Notes: generated from the sequence alone by a model not told the origin. Shown: positions 1-8,786, counted from the first letter of the stretch. The stretch is 60,290 bases of DNA from Candidatus Amesbacteria bacterium GW2011_GWC1_47_15 (GCA_001001375.1 LCNU01000015.1:1-60290); one strand, 5' to 3'. Made by a program: numbers and translations.

Positions 1-4
1 TTGA

Positions 5-430
5 CTACTCAACAGTTTCATACCGGCCTTCGGCATAAGGAGGGAAGCACACTTCGAAAGCTTTTAGCGGAGAATTCGCTCCGGCTCGCCATTGCATAAT
101 ATCGCCCACCATTACGGCTACAGCCAATCCGCTTTGGGCCAATAAAGTGACCATCGAGCCATCTTTCCGGACAATTTCTAATTTAACCCCTTCGCCGGAA
201 ATATAGCCTTCGTAAGTGACTTCACCTTGAAGCACTCTTTGTCGGGGTGTAGCATGGCCAGGCTCTACAAAAATGATGCCTAGGTCTTTAGTAGTCGGGT
301 CGTTAACAAAAGTGTACACTTCGCACCTAACTCCGGGGGCCACATTTTCGGTCGTAACATAGGAAACAGGCTCAACTTGACCTTCCCATTCAAAAGACTC
401 AAGTGGAGAAGATCCTCGCTCTACACCCAT
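5..430 (-). CDS. small beta-rich protein, possibly cupin-fold
   Basis: 141-aa ORF from the track. The cupin-like stretch FVEPGHATPRQRVLQGEV was judged by eye only. Confidence 0.55.
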   Translation of the reverse strand: MGVERGSSPLESFEWEGQVEPVSYVTTENVAPGVRCEVYTFVNDPTTKDLGIIFVEPGHATPRQRVLQGEVTYEGYISGEGVKLEIVRKDGSMVTLLAQSGLAVAVMVGDIMQWRAGANSPLKAFEVCFPPYAEGRYETVE

Positions 431-461
431 GTTGACATTATATCAAGACACATCAGCAACC

Positions 462-500
462 CTGGATGGAAAACGTTCGAACCTATTACGCACAAATTTA
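462..500. repeat. 39-nt direct repeat, copy 1
   Basis: CTGGATGGAAAACGTTCGAACCTATTACGCACAAATTTA. It is 38/39 identical to 887..925 and contains the palindrome GTTCGAAC. Confidence 0.9.
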
Positions 501-504
501 AGAT

Positions 505-828
505 TTATCTTTGAAGTTTTAGCAGGTTTGTCTCTAGGAGGATTTTGGCCATTTCAGGACCACAGTCTTCTCTAATTGAAGTTTCACAAATTGGGTGTTG
601 TTTGACTAGTTCCCGTGCCACAGTTGCGGCTTTTTGGTAGTTTCCATGTGCTACAAGTTCGAATAGTGCGAAACGTTGAACTGCTCGACCGGGTGACCAT
701 AATGCTTCTGCTAACTCGCTAGAGTTGTCGTCTCTCAATCGTATGAGTTCTTCATCGGACCATTGTCCAGTTGCAGATTCATTCCAAGAATAAAACTTGG
801 GCCCTTTTCCGTCTTTCTTTTCAGCCAT
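505..828 (-). CDS. hypothetical protein (single-gene cassette between the 39-nt repeats)
   Basis: Track ORF 505..918. I prefer the internal ATG (MAEKKDGKG...) because the upstream 30 codons lie inside repeat copy 2. No recognisable domain. Confidence 0.5.
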   Translation of the reverse strand: MAEKKDGKGPKFYSWNESATGQWSDEELIRLRDDNSSELAEALWSPGRAVQRFALFELVAHGNYQKAATVARELVKQHPICETSIREDCGPEMAKILLETNLLKLQR

Positions 829-886
829 GGAGTGAATTTTATAGTGGGAGGAATGGAATGTCAATACTATGGGTCTTTTTGCAGCT

Positions 887-925
887 CTGGATGGAAGACG
901 TTCGAACCTATTACGCACAAATTTA
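887..925. repeat. 39-nt direct repeat, copy 2
   Basis: CTGGATGGAAGACGTTCGAACCTATTACGCACAAATTTA. It is followed directly by the inverted repeat AGTATAA-G-TTATACT (925..939). Confidence 0.9.
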
Positions 926-945
926 GTATAAGTTATACTTAAGTT

Positions 946-1464
946 GTGAACTCGCAGTTTTTGGTCATTATTAGAGGTGCCCCAGCGAGTGGAAAGACGA
1001 CAATTGCCAAGAGGTTAAGGAATTTTGAAGGAAGAGTTGCTTGGCTCAAGGTAGACAATTTCAAAGACTTTTTTTCGGATGATGCTTTGAGTGAAGAACA
1101 AAAATATGTGGACGAGGCTGCTGTCAAAACACTGGAATATCTTCTGGATAGTGGTTTCTCAGTTGTAATGGAAAAGATATTCTATGACCCTCATATCATT
1201 TCAGTGGCAATGAAAGTTGCTGTCGAGAGGAATATTAAATGTAAAGTTTTTCAAATTAAATGCTCTCTGCAAACATTATTGGAACGGGACAAGTCCCGTC
1301 CAGGTATCAAAGAAGGTTGCAGAAAACCTTTGGGTGAGAAATTGATAAAAGATCTTTTTACCCAACTTGAGAACACCTTTTATCAAGTGGCAATACCATT
1401 GGATACTGAGAAGCTATCGATCGATGATTGTATTGACACTATCAGACAGGAGATTGAAGACTAA
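946..1464 (+). CDS. P-loop NTPase / small-molecule or nucleotide kinase-like (AAA_33 / zeta-toxin-like fold)
   Basis: 172-aa ORF with a GTG start. Walker A motif GAPASGKTT lies at the N-terminus. Confidence 0.75.
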   Translation: MNSQFLVIIRGAPASGKTTIAKRLRNFEGRVAWLKVDNFKDFFSDDALSEEQKYVDEAAVKTLEYLLDSGFSVVMEKIFYDPHIISVAMKVAVERNIKCKVFQIKCSLQTLLERDKSRPGIKEGCRKPLGEKLIKDLFTQLENTFYQVAIPLDTEKLSIDDCIDTIRQEIED

Positions 1465-1485
1465 GAGTTTATCTGGACATTTTTG

Positions 1486-1556
1486 CAGGGGTGCCAGGAT
1501 TCGGACCTGGAAGAGCGGTTTTGGAGACCGCCATGATACCATTTCATCACACCCCT
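1486..1556 (-). tRNA. tRNA-Trp (anticodon CCA)
   Basis: Manual cloverleaf:
- acceptor AGGGGTG/CACCCCT
- D stem ATGA/TCAT
- anticodon stem GCGGT/ACCGC with loop CTCCAAA
- T stem CCAGG/CCTGG with loop TCCGAAT (C at position 55)
- no encoded CCA. Confidence 0.85.
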
Positions 1557-1725
1557 TCGGCCTACCTAATATTTTACTCTATAATTATAATGACGGTATA
1601 TAAATAGAATCTGATACAGTTTTGTAGTATTTAGTAATAGTTATATACATATTGTATGCATCAAGATCTAAGACGAAAAACATTATTTATTAATGGTATG
1701 ACTAGTACTTAGAGAAAACACCCAC

Positions 1726-1755
1726 TTGACCGGTTGTTAATTTATGTTCTACGAT
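1726..1755 (+). promoter_or_regulatory. candidate sigma70-type promoter for the cohesin/dockerin gene
   Basis: TTGACC (1726-1731), 18-nt spacer, TACGAT (1750-1755), about 20 nt upstream of the ATG at 1776 in an AT-rich 215-bp spacer. Confidence 0.35.
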
Positions 1756-1775
1756 ATTAAAAGACGCCCCCTTAC

Positions 1776-4754
1776 ATGCCTGCCATAAAAAATATCTTAA
1801 GTTCGCTTCAAAGGCGGGTTTCCGGGCTTCGGGTAAAATACAAAGCGGCTCCCCCTGCAATGCAGATGCTGGGAGTGATACTGATGCTTTTGGGAATTGT
1901 GGGCGGAGTATGGGGAGTCAGAGAAGGATATAAATGGTTGTCCAGGGCAGCAGGTGAGACCGCAAGAATCTATTTTGAACCGGCGACGGCAACATTCCCT
2001 CCAAACCAGACGATGAAAATGATGATCGACTCCGGTACTACGGGCATAGGTTTTGTAAAAGCGGTCGTCACATTTAACCCCGCCAAAGTCAAACTGACCG
2101 GGGAAATTACCACATCCGACAAGCTGAAGACTGTGGTGGAAAAGACAAGTATGGCGACAGCTAACAGCACAGGCCAGATAACAATAGTATTGGGGCTGCT
2201 GCCGGCGGACAGCCTGAATCCTCCTATGGGAATATTTGAAATTGCACAGCTGCCTTTCGGTGCGGCAACTACTACCGCCAACCAGACGGATACGTTGGCT
2301 TTCCAGACAGCTTCCATGGAAATGTGGTCCTATCCGGGCAACGCGGCGGTGGCTATTACGGGTACCAACTCAACGGTATCCGTTAACCCTTCCGCAGGCG
2401 GAGTCAATTTCCACATGACTCCAAGCACTTTCACCCTGCCTCCCAGCCAGACTATGAAGCTGATGCTGAATGCCGGAATAAATAAGATAGGATTCGTGAG
2501 TGTCAATCTGACATTTGATCCTACCAAAGTCAGACTTGCGGGAGAAATAACAGCAGGTACAAGTCTGGGTACGGTGGTGGAGAAGACCAGCATGGCTACA
2601 GCAAACAGCACCGGAAGGATCTCACTGGTCCTGGCTTTGGCGACGGTTGACCGGGATTTTCCGCCCACCGGAGATTTTGAGCTGGCTTCGATTCCTCTTG
2701 CAGCGTTCGGGACAGGTTCCAACTTGACAACCACATTTAGCGTAGACCCGGCCGGGATGGAAGTGTGGTCATATCCGGAACAGCAATCTCTGAGCTTTAC
2801 CCATACAGGGGCAACTATCACGGTGAACCCTGTAAATATTACCGCTACTCCCACCCCCATATCTTCCTGCCAGACCGGCCAACCCAATTTCACGGTAACG
2901 AATACCTGCACCGGCACTACATTATCCAACAGAATAACGTGGTCCACTTTTCCCTCATCGTGTGGATTTGATACGTACCCCATTCAAAGGTGCCTGGGTA
3001 ATAACTGCACGCCCGATTTTTTTGTGAACATGTCCCCAGCCAGCACCCAGCTTACGGATAACAACGTAGAATACGGCAAGGTGTATGGATATAGGATGAG
3101 AGCATACGATATTGAAACACAGACTTATTCAGGCTATACCCCCACCTTATACGTAACTGCAAACTGCGCTATTCCGACGCCTACCCCGCTACCGCCTGCC
3201 GGGGGGAGATTGATAACAAACCTCATTGCCAACGATACGGCAGAAGCAATTGAATGGTCCGTCCGACAAAATCTGCAGCAAAACGATTTTATGTACGGTG
3301 ACCGGCCGTATATTTTCCAGAACCTGTCCCAGACGCTTTTGGGTAGGGAGTGGATCCGACCGGCACAAAAATCGTGGACTTCAACTTTGTCCACACTGGC
3401 AAGTTTCCAGGTCACGGCCAACTCCACGGTTTATGTCCTGTTTGACGACAGGTTCACCACAAAGCCTTCATGGATGAACACCTGGCAGGATACAGGAGTA
3501 AACGTAAGTGGTTTGGACCCAGTCGGCATCGGAAGTGATCCAATCGGAACTTCCAACTTGGCCACGTTTAGCGTTTATTCCAAACAATACGCTACGGGGC
3601 AAACGGTCCTATTGGGCAGCATTGGTGATATAAACACCGGGTGGATGTACGTCGCCATAGCGCGTGCCGATGCGGTGTCACCGACTGTTACCCCAACCCG
3701 CACACCCACCCCGATTGCCAGCCCTACCCGTACTCCAACACCGTTTAATACTCCTACCAGGACGCCGACACCTTCACTACAGAAATCTGGTTATATAAAA
3801 GTGATTCAGGACAGCGTGGACCATACGGTGGGAGAATTATTCTCGGTGGCGATCAGCATTAATACAGGCGGCAGGGCGATATCATCCGTCACATGGAGGA
3901 TCAGCTATCCGTACAGCGGCACTACACCCGAATTGAACGTGGTAGACCCAATAGGAACACAGGCCACCCAGATTGTACCCCTAACGCCGTTTACCGGGGC
4001 TACAGACTGGACATTTTCCGTCAACTCAGTCAGTAGAGCAAACGGCCAGGTGACAATTGATTTCGCAGCCGTCAATACATCCACAGCGGGGTATACGTCA
4101 AATGTTGATGTACCAATGGCACGGATTTACTTCAAAGCGAACAGGCTTCCCGCGGTCAACCCCACTCAGCTGACTTTTGATCCCCTGCAGACCAAAATGC
4201 TTTCCAAAACCACTCCGCTGACAGATATTCTGGCGGCATACCAGAACTTCACAATCAGAATAACTTCATCCAGCCTAATGTTCTCGGCCCAATTGCAGGG
4301 AGTGACCAAGCCCTTCGTAACCAAAAGTGCACTGCTGACTTTGAGCAGCGGAGGCTCGGATCTGAATTACAACGTATCCGTGGTTAGCGACAGTGCCGGA
4401 ATTTTCAGGCCAAGCGCACCTGTGGAGCTGAACGGAGTCAACGGAGGCCAGTCGTATGATGTATATCTGAAGCCGGAAGGGTATCTGCGCCGTAAGCTGG
4501 GGACAATTACCATCCAGGCAGGCACTAATACATTGGCACTGGCGAACCAGGAAGTACTGGCGGGAGATTTTGACGGCAATAATATCCTCAACATTCTGGA
4601 TATAGGAAAGATCCTGTCCGTATACACTGAATTGAGTGTGCCCGTAACAACCGCTACCCGCATCTATGATATCGACATCAGCGATGATATAAATATTACA
4701 GACGTGGCTATAGTGCTGATTAACTACACGGCACTACAGATATACGGTGACTAA
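1776..4754 (+). CDS. large surface protein: N-terminal TM helix, duplicated cohesin-like modules, Cys-rich FN3-like module, putative sugar-binding beta-sandwich, PT linkers, cohesin-like module, C-terminal dockerin
   Basis: 992-aa ORF.
- Dockerin-type double Ca-loop: GDFDGNNILNILDIGKIL and YDIDISDDINITDVAIVL.
- PT linker: TPTRTPTPIASPTRTPTPFNTPTRTPTP.
- Internal duplication: aa 66-205 and 211-352. Confidence 0.85.
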   Translation: MPAIKNILSSLQRRVSGLRVKYKAAPPAMQMLGVILMLLGIVGGVWGVREGYKWLSRAAGETARIYFEPATATFPPNQTMKMMIDSGTTGIGFVKAVVTFNPAKVKLTGEITTSDKLKTVVEKTSMATANSTGQITIVLGLLPADSLNPPMGIFEIAQLPFGAATTTANQTDTLAFQTASMEMWSYPGNAAVAITGTNSTVSVNPSAGGVNFHMTPSTFTLPPSQTMKLMLNAGINKIGFVSVNLTFDPTKVRLAGEITAGTSLGTVVEKTSMATANSTGRISLVLALATVDRDFPPTGDFELASIPLAAFGTGSNLTTTFSVDPAGMEVWSYPEQQSLSFTHTGATITVNPVNITATPTPISSCQTGQPNFTVTNTCTGTTLSNRITWSTFPSSCGFDTYPIQRCLGNNCTPDFFVNMSPASTQLTDNNVEYGKVYGYRMRAYDIETQTYSGYTPTLYVTANCAIPTPTPLPPAGGRLITNLIANDTAEAIEWSVRQNLQQNDFMYGDRPYIFQNLSQTLLGREWIRPAQKSWTSTLSTLASFQVTANSTVYVLFDDRFTTKPSWMNTWQDTGVNVSGLDPVGIGSDPIGTSNLATFSVYSKQYATGQTVLLGSIGDINTGWMYVAIARADAVSPTVTPTRTPTPIASPTRTPTPFNTPTRTPTPSLQKSGYIKVIQDSVDHTVGELFSVAISINTGGRAISSVTWRISYPYSGTTPELNVVDPIGTQATQIVPLTPFTGATDWTFSVNSVSRANGQVTIDFAAVNTSTAGYTSNVDVPMARIYFKANRLPAVNPTQLTFDPLQTKMLSKTTPLTDILAAYQNFTIRITSSSLMFSAQLQGVTKPFVTKSALLTLSSGGSDLNYNVSVVSDSAGIFRPSAPVELNGVNGGQSYDVYLKPEGYLRRKLGTITIQAGTNTLALANQEVLAGDFDGNNILNILDIGKILSVYTELSVPVTTATRIYDIDISDDINITDVAIVLINYTALQIYGD
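1971..2831 (+). repeat. tandem duplication of a ~140-aa module inside the 992-aa ORF (1971..2390 and 2406..2831)
   Basis: Shared protein blocks: FPPNQTMKMMIDSG / LPPSQTMKLMLNAG, VVEKTSMATANSTGQITIVLG / VVEKTSMATANSTGRISLVLA, MEMWSYP / MEVWSYP. Confidence 0.85.
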
Positions 4755-5352
4755 AAATAGTATGAAATTAATATTAGTACTTGTCGGAGTTATATCGGTA
4801 GCAGGTTTGTGGCTGGTAAGCCGCAGCAGCGTGGTACAAAATAAGACGGAAGAACCGGCTACGATGAATGCGAACCCGTCTCCGGAACCGATTCCGGTAT
4901 CCGAACCCAGAGATGCTGCGGCGGGGGAGACAGCGGCGTTTGAGATAAAACTTAATGCCAAAGGGAAGAATATTGCAGCCTTGGCTACCCGGTTGACCTA
5001 CCGGTTTGAAGGAACCAATCCGTTTAAAGTGATTGATGCTTCTACCAAGAAAGAAGGATTACAACTTCAATCGAGTGCCCAGTTGCAGGAAGCCGGGTGG
5101 GCGTTTCCGGTTAACAAGGTGTATGTGGATCAGGAGCAAAATATGTTAATAGTGGATTTTTCGGCAGTCAATCTGACGCCGGAAGGATATGTAGCCGCAG
5201 GGGAGGAGACAGTAGGCACAGTCCAGCTGCAGGTTCTAAGGGACGTATCGGGAGTAGTGTTTGTGCCGGATCCGGAGCAGACGAAAGTGATAACAAAACA
5301 GGGGGAAGAACTCACGCTGGAAAACAAACCGGGAGTGCTCTGGGTAAAATAA
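4747..5352 (+). CDS. membrane-anchored cohesin-like domain protein
   Basis: 201-aa ORF overlapping the upstream stop by 8 nt. It has an N-terminal TM helix followed by a beta-sandwich-type sequence (AAFEIKLNAKGKNIAALATRLTYRF...). Confidence 0.7.
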   Translation: MTKNSMKLILVLVGVISVAGLWLVSRSSVVQNKTEEPATMNANPSPEPIPVSEPRDAAAGETAAFEIKLNAKGKNIAALATRLTYRFEGTNPFKVIDASTKKEGLQLQSSAQLQEAGWAFPVNKVYVDQEQNMLIVDFSAVNLTPEGYVAAGEETVGTVQLQVLRDVSGVVFVPDPEQTKVITKQGEELTLENKPGVLWVK

Positions 5353-5368
5353 CCAGGCTTTTATAAAA

Positions 5369-6262
5369 ATGACGGAAATACCATCCAAAAAGTGGGCGCT
5401 TTTAATTGGAGTAGGAGTATTGGTGGTGGGTTTGATCGTCGGAGTGGTGCTGGTGATGCAGCGACAGCTATTTGGCAAAAAAGCTGCTGTACCCACCGGA
5501 TCAACTACAGTTTCGATAAGTCCAGCACAAGCAAATATCCCGGTGGGACAGTCACAGACAGTCACGGTTTACATCAATCCATCAGGCATCCCGATATCGG
5601 CCGTTGCCGTCCGGCTTAAGTATAATTTTTCGGGTGCATCACCGGAAGCGACGGTAGCTGATATCCAGATGGATTCTTTTTTAATCGCTGAAGAAGACTG
5701 GAATTGTCCAATCAAAACCTCAAGCATTACCGGCAATCAGGTATCAATTGACATTGCCTGTATAAATTCGGATACTTCCGGCTTTGTCTCTACCTATGAG
5801 TTTCCAATGGCGAGTTTTGTTCTGAACGCGGGCAGCGTGCCGGGAATAAATCCGGTCGTGGTGACCTTTGACGAGGTGCAGAGCGCTATTACCCGAAAAT
5901 CAGACGGAGAGGATATATTGCTGACGCCTTCGGCAACAGGGCAGTATACGATTATGAGCGATAGTGTACCGACACAGACTCCTACAAGAACACCAACACC
6001 GTCTGCCGTGCTATCACCGACACCTACAACCGTGCCTGATGATGACAACGACACAGTGACTCCCACTCCAACCCCGACTCCAGGCTCCGGGGCTACTGAT
6101 TCAACAACAAATACGACGACCACGACGACCTCATCGACGACAAGTAACGGGGGAGGAGATCAGGGTCAACTCTTGACAACGGGTTTCAGTCTGCCGACCA
6201 TATTAATTACGGCAGCGGGGATTCTGGCTTTCGGATGGGGTGGGGTACTGCTTCTAAGGTAA
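5369..6262 (+). CDS. cohesin-like domain protein with PT/T-rich linker and C-terminal hydrophobic anchor
   Basis: 297-aa ORF with an N-terminal TM helix, a cohesin-like module and the linker PTQTPTRTPTPSAVLSPTPTT...TTTTTTSSTTS. The C-terminus is SLPTILITAAGILAFGWGGVLLLR. Confidence 0.75.
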   Translation: MTEIPSKKWALLIGVGVLVVGLIVGVVLVMQRQLFGKKAAVPTGSTTVSISPAQANIPVGQSQTVTVYINPSGIPISAVAVRLKYNFSGASPEATVADIQMDSFLIAEEDWNCPIKTSSITGNQVSIDIACINSDTSGFVSTYEFPMASFVLNAGSVPGINPVVVTFDEVQSAITRKSDGEDILLTPSATGQYTIMSDSVPTQTPTRTPTPSAVLSPTPTTVPDDDNDTVTPTPTPTPGSGATDSTTNTTTTTTSSTTSNGGGDQGQLLTTGFSLPTILITAAGILAFGWGGVLLLR

Positions 6263-6297
6263 AAACATTTCAAGAAACCTTATAGTATAATCCAATC

Positions 6298-6657
6298 ATG
6301 TTGAAATTTCGGCCGAAGTCGAAAAGAATGGAAATGGAACCGGAGCAGATGTCCCAACAGGAGTTTTTTATAGATGAGGAATCAGAAGACAAACGAAAAG
6401 AAACTATAGGTAATTTAAGTCTGCTCACTGTTTCTTTGTTTGGATTTTTATTCATGGTGCAAGTAGCAGCGATCGATGGGGTATCCAGAAAGGTTTTCAA
6501 CGGCTCAACTGGTCCTATTTGTTGTCTTTATCCGGCTTTGTTTGTTGCCGAATCGTTTGCCTGGGAGTTGATTTGGAATGATCCAAATGCAAATTTCCTG
6601 AGAATGATCAACAATGCCTGGATGGCCAAGGTCAGAGAAAAAGCTCCGTACGAATAG
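6298..6657 (+). CDS. hypothetical membrane protein
   Basis: 119-aa ORF with an acidic N-terminus followed by a hydrophobic helix. No recognisable domain. Confidence 0.45.
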   Translation: MLKFRPKSKRMEMEPEQMSQQEFFIDEESEDKRKETIGNLSLLTVSLFGFLFMVQVAAIDGVSRKVFNGSTGPICCLYPALFVAESFAWELIWNDPNANFLRMINNAWMAKVREKAPYE

Positions 6658-6676
6658 GATTGGCGGTATATTGATC

Positions 6677-6850
6677 CTACTTCAGTTTGGATGTCTCACG
6701 GTGTAATTGATGTTTGCGGCAGCGGCGACAATATTTCTTCATTTCCAGCTTATCGGTACTATTCAGCTTGTTTTTTTCACTAACATAATTCTGTGACTTA
6801 CACACAGAGCAGATGAGGGCAAAGATCTGACGGGCGCCTTTTTTGGCCAT
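6677..6850 (-). CDS. rpmG: 50S ribosomal protein L33
   Basis: 57-aa ORF below the track cutoff. I translated it as [57 protein letters not shown]. It shows the classic L33 CxxC...CxxC pattern and a KHxxHRETK-type tail. Confidence 0.85.
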   Translation of the reverse strand: MAKKGARQIFALICSVCKSQNYVSEKNKLNSTDKLEMKKYCRRCRKHQLHRETSKLK

Positions 6851-6871
6851 AGGACTAATCTATTTTAGGGG

Positions 6872-6905
6872 AAAAAACACTCCCGCGCAAGAAGCGGCGG
6901 GAGTG
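6872..6905 (-). terminator. rho-independent terminator downstream of the zinc-ribbon ORF
   Basis: On the minus strand, a perfect 9-bp stem CACTCCCGC...GCGGGAGTG (6878-6905) is followed by TTTTTT. Confidence 0.7.
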
Positions 6906-6924
6906 AATGAATGCAAAAGAGAAA

Positions 6925-7197
6925 CTATTGGACCGCTGTGGGAGGAACGGAATTGCCTGCCGGAGTTTCCGGGACAATGAGTGGTGCCGGTGCGACTGTC
7001 GGCTCAGCGGGCTGGACCAGCTGGTCCGCAGCTTTTAATATTTCGGCCTGAGCGGCAGAGGGGTCCGGGGTCAGGTCGGGAATTGTGTTTTCCCGGCCGC
7101 AGGACTTGCAGACCCAGACTTTGGAGCCATCCGCGAGAGTGACCTCGCCGCAGTGGCTACAGGAAAGGTTTTGTGTATTGGGATCCAAATAAATCAC
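6925..7197 (-). CDS. small zinc-ribbon protein with Pro/Ala-rich tail
   Basis: 90-aa ORF with the pairs CSHC...CKSC. Confidence 0.6.
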   Translation of the reverse strand: MIYLDPNTQNLSCSHCGEVTLADGSKVWVCKSCGRENTIPDLTPDPSAAQAEILKAADQLVQPAEPTVAPAPLIVPETPAGNSVPPTAVQ

Positions 7198-7255
7198 CTC
7201 CCAACTATATTTAGCATTAAATAATTAACATTTGTCATTTAAACATACTTTACCG

Positions 7256-7285
7256 TTGACATAAATGTCAAAGACAGGCCACAAT
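7256..7285 (+). promoter_or_regulatory. candidate promoter with a palindromic -35 region upstream of the pilB-like gene
   Basis: TTGACA (7256-7261), 18-nt spacer, CACAAT (7280-7285). The -35 box is half of the 16-nt palindrome TTGACATAAATGTCAA (7256-7271). Confidence 0.3.
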
Positions 7286-7287
7286 GG

Positions 7288-8487
7288 ATGCATATGAGCG
7301 CTGTCGGTGCTTTTTCGCTGTCGGAAATGTCTTCCCCGGTGGAAATCGTAGATCAGATGGTGAATCAGGCGGTGAGACTAAACGCTTCAGATATTCTGAT
7401 TGAGCCGCAGGAAAAACAGGCCGTTGTCCGACTGCGGGTAGACGGAGTACTGCAGACTTTCGGAGAAATGCCCCTTGGTTCATATGACCAGGTGATGAGC
7501 CGGATTAAAGTGCTGGGAAATATGGACGTGGCGGAAAGCCGCAAACCGCAAGAGAGCAAAATCCGGTTTTCTTCCGACGGTCATCCCTACGTACTGCGGG
7601 CAGCGATAGTTTCTACCAATTTCGGGCAAATGGCCGCCCTGAGGGTCCTGGACAGTCCCAAATTTACGGAATTTACGCAGCTGGGGATGTCTGAAGCGGT
7701 GATAGACAAAATAAAAAGAAACATCTCCGGCCGATATGGTCTGTTTCTGGTATGCGGTCCGACGGGGGCGGGTAAGACGACCACTGTGCATACCTGCCTG
7801 AAACATCTGAATAATGGGGAAGTGAACATCATGACAATTGAAGATCCGGTGGAGTACATCATGGACGGACTAAACCAAATAGAAGTGGGAGAAGATGTGG
7901 GACTGGATTTTGTATCGGGATTGAGAACTGTCCTGCGGATGAATCCTGACGTGGTGTTTGTGGGGGAGATACGGGATGCCGCTACCGCCCGGATCGCCAT
8001 CCAGGCAGCCCTTACCGGGCATCTGGTGATCTCCACGCTACACAGCAGAAACAGCGTCGGGGCACTTTTCCGTCTTCTTGACCTGGGAGTGGACCGGTAT
8101 ATCCTGAATTACGCTTTGAGGGCAATTGTTTCACAGAGGCTGATGCGCAAGATCTGCTCCCACTGCAAAGAGATTTACCAACCCACGGAATCGGAACGGA
8201 TGTTTTACAGACGGGAAAAAGGGGATTTACCGGGGCAGCTGACGGCCGGCAGAGGATGCGACCTATGCGCGCATAACAAATTCCAGGGGATGGCCGGTAT
8301 TTATGAAATGCTGGAAATGGACGAAGTACTTCGGAAAATGGTCCTCTCCGAAGCGGATGAAGCCGGATTTAAAGCAGAACTGGACAGCCGGGAATTTGAG
8401 GACTTAAATTCCGCCGGTCTGCGTCTGGTGGATGACGGGACGACCAGTCTGCATGAGTATATCCGGACGCTTTACGACGCGGGGTGA
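7288..8487 (+). CDS. pilB: type II/IV secretion (type IV pilus) assembly ATPase, GspE/PilB family
   Basis: 399-aa ORF. It carries Walker A GPTGAGKTTT, the Asp/His boxes and the tetracysteine motif CSHCKE...CDLC typical of PilB/GspE. The true start may be the ATG at 7330 (MSSPVEIVDQ). Confidence 0.9.
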   Translation: MHMSAVGAFSLSEMSSPVEIVDQMVNQAVRLNASDILIEPQEKQAVVRLRVDGVLQTFGEMPLGSYDQVMSRIKVLGNMDVAESRKPQESKIRFSSDGHPYVLRAAIVSTNFGQMAALRVLDSPKFTEFTQLGMSEAVIDKIKRNISGRYGLFLVCGPTGAGKTTTVHTCLKHLNNGEVNIMTIEDPVEYIMDGLNQIEVGEDVGLDFVSGLRTVLRMNPDVVFVGEIRDAATARIAIQAALTGHLVISTLHSRNSVGALFRLLDLGVDRYILNYALRAIVSQRLMRKICSHCKEIYQPTESERMFYRREKGDLPGQLTAGRGCDLCAHNKFQGMAGIYEMLEMDEVLRKMVLSEADEAGFKAELDSREFEDLNSAGLRLVDDGTTSLHEYIRTLYDAG

Positions 8488-8508
8488 GCCTGCCTGCTGG
8501 CAGTTTCG

Positions 8509-8534
8509 GATGGAAGACATCGAACCTATTATGT
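8509..8534. repeat. degenerate third copy of the 39-nt repeat
   Basis: GGATGGAAGACATCGAACCTATTATG compared with GGATGGAAGACGTTCGAACCTATTACG. It overlaps the stop codon of the XRE remnant. Confidence 0.7.
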
Positions 8535-8786
8535 AGTGAGGTGAATTTCCAGCTTAGAGTTAAGGGCTTTAGCAAGCCTTTTCAAAAACTCCAGAGTGGG
8601 ATTTGCTCGTCCGATTTCTAAACGGGAGATGACTGCTTGTTTGGTTCCAATTTTTTGAGCCAACTGAGTTTGAGTGAGACCACCCCTTTTCCTTGCTTCA
8701 ATAATGGCATTGATGAGTTCAAATTCGGGTTGAAGCTTGTCATACCCAGCTCTAACCTTAGGATTTCTGAGTGCTTGTTTTTTCTG
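8529..8786 (-). pseudogene. XRE-family HTH antitoxin remnant (HigA-like), no start codon
   Basis: My minus-strand translation is QKKQALRNPKVRAGYDKLQPEFELINAIIEARKRGGLTQTQLAQKIGTKQAVISRLEIGRANPTLEFLKRLAKALNSKLEIHLTT*. The frame is closed by TGA immediately upstream and has no ATG/GTG/TTG. Confidence 0.6.

Noticed and set aside
462-500. The 39-nt repeat as a tRNA 3'-fragment att site, because of its GGTTCGAAC T-loop-like core near tRNA-Trp.
   Set aside because: The flanks of the TTCGAAC core are not complementary, so there is no T stem. The sequence also does not match the 3' half of tRNA-Trp or any tRNA in the window.
1970-4663. Several long minus-strand and off-frame ORFs inside the 992-aa gene (1970..2317, 2330..2983, 3134..3427, 4367..4663 and others).
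   Set aside because: They are fully nested antisense or alternate-frame shadows of a gene with clear domain content. They are low-complexity and show no start context.
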